Positions 1-7,835 of a stretch of DNA of 64,000 nucleotides are shown one piece after another (positions within the stretch are counted from its first letter, which is position 1; the number at the start of each line of letters is the position of its first letter). The position numbers were made by a program, and so were the translations under genes. This stretch comes from an uncultured Acidobacteriota bacterium. Its GTDB lineage: Bacteria > Acidobacteriota > JAQAZP01. Under the pieces are notes generated by a model that saw only the letters and a list, made by a program, of their open reading frames with translations, did no database searches and was not told where the DNA came from. The DNA is taken from contig CAWIIB010000001.1 in NCBI GenBank assembly GCA_963836075.1, positions 1,152,001 through 1,216,000 of the forward strand. Direction: 5' to 3'.

Positions 1-1666
1 CGACTTGCGCACGGTCTGCAGAAAGGTCTCCGCCTTTCCGGCCCAGTAGCGGGCCGCGGCACCGAGCAGTTGGTAGGTACAGGACGGCGAGCAGGGCCAG
101 CAGCAGGGCCATGAACAGCGGCTGCCAGGCGGTGAGACCGAACAGGGCCGGCAACAGGAGGGTCAGGCCGCAGAGCAACACGCTGGCCAGCAGGGACAGG
201 ATCCCGGTGAGAATCCCCACCTGGGACGGCGAGGCCATGAACGCGGCGGGATTGCGGGCCACCGGGAAGGCGATGGAGACCAGGTTGCCGCCCATGGCCA
301 GCACCAGCAGGGCGGTGGCAAAGACCAGCAGCCCGGTGGCCAGGGTGCCCGGCGCGGGCAGGGGTGACACCACTGACCAGGTGATCATCGAGATGATGAA
401 GAGCAGACCGTTGTACGCCCAGACGGCGATGTTCTTGCCCAGCAGCACGTTGCGCAGGCTCACCGGACAGAAAAAGTAGTTCTGGGCCCCGCTCCCCTCC
501 CAGGCAAAGGAATTGTTGAGGAAATTGTTGGAGAGGAACGCGATGTAGAGCAGGGTCGAGAAGAGCAGGACCCGGTCCGGGTCCACACCGGGCAGGGGGC
601 GGCGGAGCACTTCGGAGAAGATGAAGACGAACATCAGCACCAGCACCGGGGCCATCAGCAGACTGAAGCGACCCAGCACGCTGCGCAGCAGGTAGCGCAG
701 GTCCTTCAGCGCCACGGCCCTGGTCTCGGGGGGCAGAAAACGGAGCAGCGTCCCGACCCGGTGGATAGGCCGCGCAGGCATTGCCGAAGCTGAATTGTTG
801 GCCGGCGCCGGTTGTTTGCGGCCCGGGGAGCCGCCGGCCCTTTCCCGAAGGAAGAGTCCATACCCCGCGCCCAGACCGGCAACGGACCAGAGCAGCAGGT
901 AAAGCACGGCAGACCCGGAACTCCCCCCATCACCTTCCGCTGAACAAAGGCCCCGGGCGGCGATGGACGGGGGCAGGACGGCCGCGGCCCGGGCCAGCGG
1001 CGCCATGAACCCCTGCATTTCAGCCATTTTCTCAGCACCGCCGTCCGAGGCACGGTAGCGCTCCACCATGGCCGGCAGGAGGCAGACCAGAATCAGCAGG
1101 ATCATGGCGCCCAGGATGATCAGTTCGCGCAGACGCCTCCGGGCCATAAGTGCCCGCACCGCCAGGGACAGGGCATGACTCCAGGAGACCAGAACCATGA
1201 CAAAGAGGAACAGAATCACCGCACCGGTCAACGACCCGGGACCGGGCGGCAGCAGAGCCACGGCGGCCGCGGCAGCAAGCGACGGGTAGTAGAAGAAATG
1301 CGACCCGCCGAAAAAGGCGGAGCCGAGGAAAAAGCCGAAAAGCTTCGGCCGGCTCACCGGGTAGAGCAGCAGCGACTCCGGCTCCAGGCCACTCGCAGTC
1401 CCGCCGCGGAGCAGGGGCAGGAACAGGCCGAAAAAGGCACTGGACCAGAGGGCCACGTGCCAGGCAGTGCTCAGCAACTGGGAGTCGTCCTCCGCCCGGG
1501 CCTGGAAGAACAGGAAGCCGAAGCCGGTGGCCATGCCCAGAGATACCGCAGCCCCGAGGCCGATCAGCAGGGCTGCCACCACGCGGTTTGTCCACCGGGC
1601 GCTGCCGCGAAACTGGCGCACACCCAGCAGGTAACGCAGACGGATCAGGGCAAGGAGCCTGTTCAT
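1..1666 (-). CDS. ABC-2 type exporter permease (3' end runs off window)
   Basis: Not in the ORF track because there is no stop in the window. ATG at 1666 lies just after the ABC ATPase stop. Translation MNRLLALIRLRYLLGVRQF... is multi-TM hydrophobic with permease-like segments (LLLYPVS, KDLRYLLRS, PVSLRNVLLGKN). Confidence 0.8.
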   Translation of the reverse strand, partial: MNRLLALIRLRYLLGVRQFRGSARWTNRVVAALLIGLGAAVSLGMATGFGFLFFQARAEDDSQLLSTAWHVALWSSAFFGLFLPLLRGGTASGLEPESLLLYPVSRPKLFGFFLGSAFFGGSHFFYYPSLAAAAAVALLPPGPGSLTGAVILFLFVMVLVSWSHALSLAVRALMARRRLRELIILGAMILLILVCLLPAMVERYRASDGGAEKMAEMQGFMAPLARAAAVLPPSIAARGLCSAEGDGGSSGSAVLYLLLWSVAGLGAGYGLFLRERAGGSPGRKQPAPANNSASAMPARPIHRVGTLLRFLPPETRAVALKDLRYLLRSVLGRFSLLMAPVLVLMFVFIFSEVLRRPLPGVDPDRVLLFSTLLYIAFLSNNFLNNSFAWEGSGAQNYFFCPVSLRNVLLGKNIAVWAYNGLLFIISMITWSVVSPLPAPGTLATGLLVFATALLVLAMGGNLVSIAFPVARNPAAFMASPSQVGILTGILSLLASVLLCGLTLLLPALFGLTAWQPLFMALLLALLAVLYLPTARCRGPLLGRKGGDLSADRAQV

Positions 1667-1669
1667 GGT

Positions 1670-2446
1670 TCAGCCCAGCCAGGAGAGGGTCGGCTTGGGG
1701 TGTGGCTCATCCGACTCCACCAGTGAGAGGAAAAGCTCCTCGAGGGAAGCGGAGCCATGCTCCAGGGAGACCCCGCGCTGCAGCTCTGCCAGGGTCCCCT
1801 GGGCCACCAGCCGGCCCTGGTGGATGATGGCGAGGCGACTGCACAGCTTTTCCACGATCTCCAGGATATGCGAGGTGAGGAATATGGTCACCCCGGCCTT
1901 GATCAGCGCCCCCAGGAGGTCCTTGATCAGCCTCGAGGCCACCGCATCGATGCCCTCGAACGGTTCGTCAAGGAAGAGCAGTTGCGGTTCGTGAATCAGG
2001 GCCGAACAGAGCGCCAGCTTCTTCTTCATCCCGTGGCTGAAATCGACGATCTGCTTCTTCCCTTCCCCGCCGAGGTTCATCAGTTCCAGCAGTTCCTCAC
2101 TTCTCGCCCGGATCACTTTCTTTCGCATCCCGTACATCCGGCCGACAAAATCAAGATACTCCCCGGCTCTAAGCCGGTCGTAGAGCGCCAGTTCCTCGGG
2201 CAGGACGCCGATCCGCTGCTTCACTTCCACCGGTTGCCGGGCCACGTCGTATCCCAGCACCGTGGCTTCGCCTCCGCTGATTTTCAGCAGGCCGGTGAGC
2301 ATTTTGATGGTGGTGGACTTGCCGGCGCCATTGGGGCCCAGAAATCCGAAGAACGACCCGGCGTCAACGGTGAGATCCAACTGGTCCACGGCGGTGAAGT
2401 CGCCGAATGTGCGCTGCAGGCCGCTGGTGGTGATGGCGTGAATCAT
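1670..2446 (-). CDS. ABC transporter ATP-binding protein
   Basis: Walker A GPNGAGKST, signature FSHGMKKKL, Walker B LLFLDEP, H-loop TSH. Confidence 0.95.
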   Translation of the reverse strand: MIHAITTSGLQRTFGDFTAVDQLDLTVDAGSFFGFLGPNGAGKSTTIKMLTGLLKISGGEATVLGYDVARQPVEVKQRIGVLPEELALYDRLRAGEYLDFVGRMYGMRKKVIRARSEELLELMNLGGEGKKQIVDFSHGMKKKLALCSALIHEPQLLFLDEPFEGIDAVASRLIKDLLGALIKAGVTIFLTSHILEIVEKLCSRLAIIHQGRLVAQGTLAELQRGVSLEHGSASLEELFLSLVESDEPHPKPTLSWLG

Positions 2447-2505
2447 GTCTATTGATACGGCGGGTATCCGGTCCGGGTTTCGTTCATCTGCCGCTGGGGA
2501 TCAGG

Positions 2506-2706
2506 CTAGTCCCGGGAGGACTGGAAACGGGGATGGTCCGGGCTGTACCAGCAGATATCGCAGCTGCCGCCCAGTTCGCACATCCCCGTGGGCCGGAGGC
2601 AGGTGCCGTCGTAATTGCCCGGCTTCATCTGCTCGGTGTCGACCAGTGCGGGTGAGCCGCCGGCAGACGGCCGGCGGTCAGGTTCTGCTTCGGAACTTCT
2701 CGTCAT
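2506..2706 (-). CDS. small Cys-rich hypothetical protein (66 aa)
   Basis: ATG overlaps the cysC stop (ATGA at 2703-2706); C-terminal CLRPTGMCELGGSCDICW. Confidence 0.5.
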   Translation of the reverse strand: MTRSSEAEPDRRPSAGGSPALVDTEQMKPGNYDGTCLRPTGMCELGGSCDICWYSPDHPRFQSSRD

Positions 2707-3356
2707 GAGTAGGGAGACTCGATGATCCGGGGACGGCCCACCACCGGCTTGACAATGATCTGGCGCTCCTCGAGATAGGCGATCACTTTGGCCGCGCACT
2801 CCTTGATGGTCAGCTTGTCGGTCTCCACCACCAGCTCGGGATCAACCGGCTCTTCGTAGGGTGCCGAGATGCCGGTGAAGTCGGGGATGTCACCGGCCCG
2901 GGCCTTGACGTAGAGCCCTTTGGGGTCGCGGCGTTCGCACTCCTCGATGGAGCACTTGCAGTAGACCTCGGCAAACCGGCCGTCCTCTTCCATTTCGCGG
3001 GCCTTGTCCCGGTCCTTCTGGTAAGGCGAAATGAAGGCGCACATCACGATCACCCCCACGTGATTGAACAGGTGGGCCACCTCGCCGATGCGGCGGATGT
3101 TTTCCTCGCGGTCCTCCTGGGAGAAGCCGAGGTCGCTGTTCAGGCGGTGGCGGATGTTGTCGCCGTCGAGCACATAGGCGGAGAGTCCACGGTTGTAAAG
3201 CTGATCCTCCACCTCCCGGGCCACGGTGGATTTTCCCGACGCCGAGAGGCCGGTGAACCAGAGGGTGACCCCTCGGTGGCCGCGGAGCCGTTCCCGGTCA
3301 CGGGTGTCGATGCTGGACGGGTGCCAGGTGATGTTGCGATCTTCAGGTGAACTCAT
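2703..3356 (-). CDS. cysC: adenylyl-sulfate (APS) kinase
   Basis: WFTGLSASGKST P-loop, LDGDNIR, DREENIRRIGEVA, RDPKGLY, FTGISAPYE. Confidence 0.95.
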   Translation of the reverse strand: MSSPEDRNITWHPSSIDTRDRERLRGHRGVTLWFTGLSASGKSTVAREVEDQLYNRGLSAYVLDGDNIRHRLNSDLGFSQEDREENIRRIGEVAHLFNHVGVIVMCAFISPYQKDRDKAREMEEDGRFAEVYCKCSIEECERRDPKGLYVKARAGDIPDFTGISAPYEEPVDPELVVETDKLTIKECAAKVIAYLEERQIIVKPVVGRPRIIESPYS

Positions 3357-3499
3357 AATCTCCTCGCCTCCCTATCCTTAAAAGATATATCGATTTCATC
3401 AATTTTGCCCGAGGAACCTACCAGACAAACCCGGTCAAGTCAAAAGAAAATGATCGGCACGGTCCGGCCGGCACTTGAATTCGGACGACCGGGCCCGTA

Positions 3500-4786
3500 C
3501 TACCGCCGGCGCAGCACGGCCAGGGTCTCGCAGTGGGCGGTCTGGGGGAACATGTCAAAGGGCACCACCCGCTGTGCCCGGTATCCGCAGGAGACCAGTT
3601 CCTTCAGGTCGCGGGCCAGTGTGGATGGATTGCAGGAGACGTAGATCAGGGTGCCCACGCCCCGCCGCACCAGTTCCGCCACCGTCTCCGGGTCCATGCC
3701 GGCCCGGGGCGGGTCCACCAGGATCACTCCCTTCTCCGCGCCGTGGGCCGGCAGCAGTTCGTTCAGCAGTCCGGGCAGCGTCCGGGCCACCTCGCCGCGC
3801 AGGAACCGCAGATTGGTCACCCCGGCCCGCTCAGCCGTGGCCGTGGCCGCCCGGATGGCGCCCTTGTGCGACTCGATCCCCACCCCCTCCCCCACCAGGT
3901 CGGCCAGCAGGAGCAGGAAAACACCGACACCGCAATAGGCGTCCACCAGGTAGGGCAACGATCCCAGCGAATCCGCCAGCTGCTCCACCTCCGATCGCAC
4001 CACGTTGAGCAGCAGGCGGTGGGTGGCGTAATTGGTCTGGTAAAAAGCGGTGTCGGGCACCAGCACACGGCCGCCGGGCAGCAGATCTTCTGCCACGTCA
4101 AAGGTCTTTGGCGGCAGCGGTGCTTCGGGAGGCGGGGGCACCAACCAGTCCTGGTAGGCCTGCCGGCCATCGGAACGGAAAACCACCTGGTGCGGCAACC
4201 GCCCCGGCAGCTTCGACTCCCTGATATGCTTCTGCACCGCGGCCACGGCGGCGTTGATCCCCTCCTCGGCGATCAGGCACTGCTCCACCGGCAGCAGGTC
4301 CCGGCCGTGCCGGGCCCTGAAACCGAGATACCGCTCACCCTGCCGCTTGCCCATGGAATGGAGGGCGATCTTGTTGCGGTAGCCATAGGGCAAGGGGCAG
4401 GCTACGGTCGGCTCCACCGTCACGCTCTCCAGACCACCGATCCGTTCCAGGGCGTCCTGTACCTGCTTGGTCTTCAACTCCAGCTGGTGGGGATAGTCGA
4501 TGTGCTGGTAGCGGCAGCCCCCGCAGTGTCCGTAGATCGGGCAGGGCGGCTCCGCCCGGTGGACTGAATGCTCAAGCACCTCTACCAGGTCGGCCTCCAA
4601 ATGCTTCTTGCGCACCGCACTGACCTTGGCCCGCACCAGCTCGCCGTCCACCACGTCCTCGATCAGCGCAACCCGGCCGTCCTCCAGCCGGGCCACCCCC
4701 CGGCCGTCGGAAGCGATGTCGAGGATGCGCAGATCCAGTTGATCTCCTGGATTCACCTGCGCCGTATTGTGTTCAGTCGTAACCAT
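3500..4786 (-). CDS. rlmD: TRAM-domain RNA m5U methyltransferase (RlmD/TrmA family)
   Basis: N-terminal TRAM, Fe-S motif CPIYGHCGGC, FYQTN, DAYCGVG, DPPRAG, YVSCNPSTLARD, DMFPQTAHCE. Confidence 0.88.
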   Translation of the reverse strand: MVTTEHNTAQVNPGDQLDLRILDIASDGRGVARLEDGRVALIEDVVDGELVRAKVSAVRKKHLEADLVEVLEHSVHRAEPPCPIYGHCGGCRYQHIDYPHQLELKTKQVQDALERIGGLESVTVEPTVACPLPYGYRNKIALHSMGKRQGERYLGFRARHGRDLLPVEQCLIAEEGINAAVAAVQKHIRESKLPGRLPHQVVFRSDGRQAYQDWLVPPPPEAPLPPKTFDVAEDLLPGGRVLVPDTAFYQTNYATHRLLLNVVRSEVEQLADSLGSLPYLVDAYCGVGVFLLLLADLVGEGVGIESHKGAIRAATATAERAGVTNLRFLRGEVARTLPGLLNELLPAHGAEKGVILVDPPRAGMDPETVAELVRRGVGTLIYVSCNPSTLARDLKELVSCGYRAQRVVPFDMFPQTAHCETLAVLRRR

Positions 4787-4856
4787 CCCCAGCTCCTGTA
4801 AAGAGGTGAAGATACGCCATCAAGTACGGAGTTGTCCAGAATAGGGATCAAGATGG

Positions 4857-5138
4857 TTATCGCTTGAGTTGCTTGATCAGTTTATAAATCTGACCACGAA
4901 CACCGACGGCAATAATCTCAACGACGATCAGATCGTCAATGATCTCATACAAAATACGATAGCCCCCAACCCTTAACCTGTATACATCCCCGCTCGCCCC
5001 CCCAATCTTCTCGATGCCTCCAGGTCTGGGCTCTTCAGCAAGCGCATCGATGGTGTTTGCGATTCGGTGTTGGAACTCTGTGGGGATTTTGCGGAAACTC
5101 CGCTTGGCAGCGTTCCGGAATACAATTTTGTAGGGCAC
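4857..5138 (-). CDS. type II toxin, RelE/ParE family
   Basis: 93-aa basic protein with YRLRVGGYRILYEI, downstream of the antitoxin. Confidence 0.9.
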   Translation of the reverse strand: MPYKIVFRNAAKRSFRKIPTEFQHRIANTIDALAEEPRPGGIEKIGGASGDVYRLRVGGYRILYEIIDDLIVVEIIAVGVRGQIYKLIKQLKR

Positions 5139-5147
5139 CTGAACCTC

Positions 5148-5393
5148 TTACAAACCCAACTCAGTCTTAATGTCCTCCCATGGCGTGATATCGGACTCTT
5201 TCCGTGCCTTTCGAATCGCATCCATATCGAGATGATCTTCAAGCATCTGAAGCAGTTCAAGGTCCTCAACTGTAATCATCGCTGCAATTTTTTTGCCATG
5301 CCTCTCGATGGTGACACGCTCTCCCTGGTACAGCAGCCGATTCAGAATTTCTGAAAACTCGCTCCTGACCTGACTGACACTCTTGACGCACAA
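5148..5393 (-). CDS. type II antitoxin, Phd/YefM family
   Basis: SVSQVRSEFSEILNRL..GERVTIERHGKKIAAMI and C-terminal PWEDIKTELGL; likely TTG start at 5393 after GGAGG. Confidence 0.88.
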   Translation of the reverse strand: MCVKSVSQVRSEFSEILNRLLYQGERVTIERHGKKIAAMITVEDLELLQMLEDHLDMDAIRKARKESDITPWEDIKTELGL

Positions 5394-5409
5394 GATAATC
5401 CCTCCAATT

Positions 5410-5429
5410 GATGTTTTGTACAAAACATC
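5410..5429. promoter_or_regulatory. putative TA operator, perfect 20-bp palindrome
   Basis: GATGTTTTGT|ACAAAACATC with a TGTACA core, between a TTGACA-type promoter (minus strand, -35 at 5469-5474) and the antitoxin RBS. Confidence 0.7.
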
Positions 5430-5721
5430 TTTTCAGCTTTATGTATATTATTATTTTCACAACATTCATGTCAAGGGATCAAATCCCCCGATATTTAATA
5501 AAACGTCGAGTCTGGTTTCGAACAGCTGCGCCCAGGCCACTGTTGTCAAACAAAGACAGAACATCAAGGAGATGGCTCCCACCAGGCAGCTGCCTTCATC
5601 GTGAGCCCTCCAAACCATTCATGAATATAGAGATCGATACACCGAGTTCACCGATTACCGGGGGCAATCCGGGTTCGACCACACTGATCGCCAAAAATGA
5701 ATGAATTATTGAGGGGAAATT

Positions 5722-5755
5722 AAAAAAAAGGGTCAGGCGGTTTCACCTGACCCTT
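5722..5755 (-). terminator. intrinsic terminator after tRNA-Glu
   Basis: AAGGGTCAGG / CCTGACCCTT stem followed by a T run on the minus strand. Confidence 0.85.
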
Positions 5756-5765
5756 AATATTTACT

Positions 5766-5840
5766 TGGCAGGGCTACGGGGAATCGAACCCCGGTCTGAT
5801 GACTGAGAATCACCTGTCCTGACCCCTAGACGATAGCCCC
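5766..5840 (-). tRNA. tRNA-Glu(CTC)
   Basis: GGGGCTATCG...GGTGA-TT-CTC-AG-TCATC...GGTTCGATTCC...GCCA. Confidence 0.95.
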
Positions 5841-5872
5841 GAAAGATTTCAAAGATCGGCCGAAGCCGGGTA

Positions 5873-5946
5873 TGGCTGGGATGCAGGGATTCGAACCCCG
5901 ATAACATGATCCAGAGTCATGTGTCCTGCCGTTGGACGACATCCCA
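5873..5946 (-). tRNA. tRNA-Gln(CTG)
   Basis: TGGGATGTCG...CATGA-CT-CTG-GA-TCATG...GGTTCGAATCC...GCCA. Confidence 0.95.
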
Positions 5947-5987
5947 ACATACTTCTCTTATCGGATTGCTCCGCAAGAGTGGCAATT

Positions 5988-6015
5988 TTTATACCAGACT
6001 GACCTCTGATGTCAA
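5988..6015 (-). promoter_or_regulatory. sigma70-type promoter for tRNA-Gln/tRNA-Glu
   Basis: TTGACA-16 nt-TATAAA, with TG upstream of the -10. Confidence 0.7.
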
Positions 6016-6057
6016 GCAGAAGTTGCCCTGTTTCGCCCGTTTTACGGGGCTTTCCGT

Positions 6058-7512
6058 CTATTCCTCCAGTGTGGCGATAAGTCGGCGGATCCGCTGGACA
6101 GTACGGGGCTTACCGATCTTCTCCAGCACATCGAAGATGCCGGGGGAAACGGCCTGCCCCAGAACGGCCACCCGGGAGGCGTGGATCAACCAGGCGGCCT
6201 TGATGTCCAGGCGGTCGGCCACGGATCTCAGCAACTGTTCGGTCACCTCCGGGGTGAGATCATCGGTGGCGCTCTTCTCCAGTTCATCGGCCCAGACGGC
6301 CAGGTGTCCGGCCAGGCCTTCGTGCTTGAGGTGCTTTTTGCGCGCCTTGGCGTCGTAGTCGAACTCGTCGGTGAGGTAGGGCCGGGCCTGGGCCGCAAAA
6401 TCGGGCAGGCGGCGGGAACGCTCGGCCAGCAGTTCCAGCAGGCCGGCAAACCAGGTCCTTCTGTCCCCTTCCAGGTCGTCGCTCCACAACCCCTCTTCTT
6501 CCAGCACCGGCTTGACCAGCGGGATCAGCTGCTCACCGCTCATGGCGCTGAAATACTGGCCGTTCATCCACTCCAGCTTCTTCATGTCGAAGACCGCATC
6601 GGATGAGGTGACGTCCTCGAGGGCGAAGAGTTCGATGGCCTCCTTGCGGCTGAAGATCTCACGGTCCTCCCCGGGGGACCAGCAGAGCAGGGCGAGGAAG
6701 TTGAACATGGTCTCGGGCAGGAAGCCCTCGCGCTGAAACTCCAGCACCGAGGTGGCGCCGTGACGCTTGGAGAGCCGTTTGCGGTCCTCGCCGAGGATCA
6801 GCGGCAGGTGGGCGAAGACCGGGGGCTGCAGTCCGGCCGCCTGGTAGAGCAGCACCTGCTTCGAGGTGTTGGTCAGGTGGTCCACCCCGCGGATGACATG
6901 GGTCACGCCCAGGTCGGCATCGTCGGCCACCACGCTGATGTGGTAGGTGGGCGAGCCGTCGGAGCGCAGGAGGATGAAGTCCTCGATCTCCTCGTTGCTG
7001 AACCGCACCGTACCCACGATGCGGTCCTCCACCACCGTCTCCCCCTCCGGCACCTTAAAGCGCAGCACCGGCCGGATGCCCTCGGCCTTCCGCTGCTCCG
7101 CGTTGTCGGCGTTCCACTGGCGGGCGAAGCGGGCGTTGTAGGATGTGCCGGCTTTCTGGGCCGCAGCGCGCTCCTTCTCGATCAGCTCCTTCGGTGCGTA
7201 GCAGTGGTAGGCATATCCCGCCTCGAGCAGCGTGTTGGCGAACTGCTCATAGAGTTCACCCCGGTCCGACTGGAAGATCGGCCCCTCGTCGGGGTCGAGG
7301 CCCAGCCAGGCCAGGCCGTCAATGATGCCGGCAGTCATCTCGGCCGAAGAGCGCTCGCGGTCGGTGTCCTCGATGCGCAGGATAAAGGTGCCGCCATGCC
7401 TTCTGGCAAAAAGGTAGTTGAAAAGCGCGGTCCGGGCTCCCCCCACGTGCAGGTGCCCGGTGGGACTGGGGGCGAAGCGGACACGGCAGTGGCTGTTCTG
7501 GTCAGCGGTCAT
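6058..7512 (-). CDS. gltX: glutamate--tRNA ligase
   Basis: RFAPSPTGHLHVGG (HIGH), LRIEDTD, HVIRGVDH, RLSKRHG (KMSKS); ATG 7512 chosen over the upstream track start. Confidence 0.96.
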   Translation of the reverse strand: MTADQNSHCRVRFAPSPTGHLHVGGARTALFNYLFARRHGGTFILRIEDTDRERSSAEMTAGIIDGLAWLGLDPDEGPIFQSDRGELYEQFANTLLEAGYAYHCYAPKELIEKERAAAQKAGTSYNARFARQWNADNAEQRKAEGIRPVLRFKVPEGETVVEDRIVGTVRFSNEEIEDFILLRSDGSPTYHISVVADDADLGVTHVIRGVDHLTNTSKQVLLYQAAGLQPPVFAHLPLILGEDRKRLSKRHGATSVLEFQREGFLPETMFNFLALLCWSPGEDREIFSRKEAIELFALEDVTSSDAVFDMKKLEWMNGQYFSAMSGEQLIPLVKPVLEEEGLWSDDLEGDRRTWFAGLLELLAERSRRLPDFAAQARPYLTDEFDYDAKARKKHLKHEGLAGHLAVWADELEKSATDDLTPEVTEQLLRSVADRLDIKAAWLIHASRVAVLGQAVSPGIFDVLEKIGKPRTVQRIRRLIATLEE

Positions 7513-7582
7513 CTCACCCTCCCGTCGAACAATGAAAACGGCAAGCCCCGGGTCTTGAGACTTGCCGCGTGTCCGGGCCCGT

Positions 7583-7760
7583 TGGCGGGAGCCGGTATCA
7601 AAAAGACGATATCCAAAACCACCGTTACCATCCAACTAAAACCCATCAAACGACTGGCATTATACCAGACACTAGCTACAAAAGCCCAATAGCTGCGACT
7701 CCTCGGCTTAACCTACCGGGAGATCGCTGATAAATTGGAGGCGCATGAGATCACAACCGT
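7583..7760 (+). pseudogene. HTH protein remnant (probable mobile-element scar)
   Basis: AT-richer patch reading LYQTLATKAQ*LRLLGLTYREIADKL, with an in-frame TAG at 7690-7692. Confidence 0.45.
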
Positions 7761-7835
7761 GAGCTTTGCTGTGGGCGGTCACACCATCGAAGTGACCGAG
7801 GAGCGTGGCTCCGGTGTGTACGACACCGCGACCAT

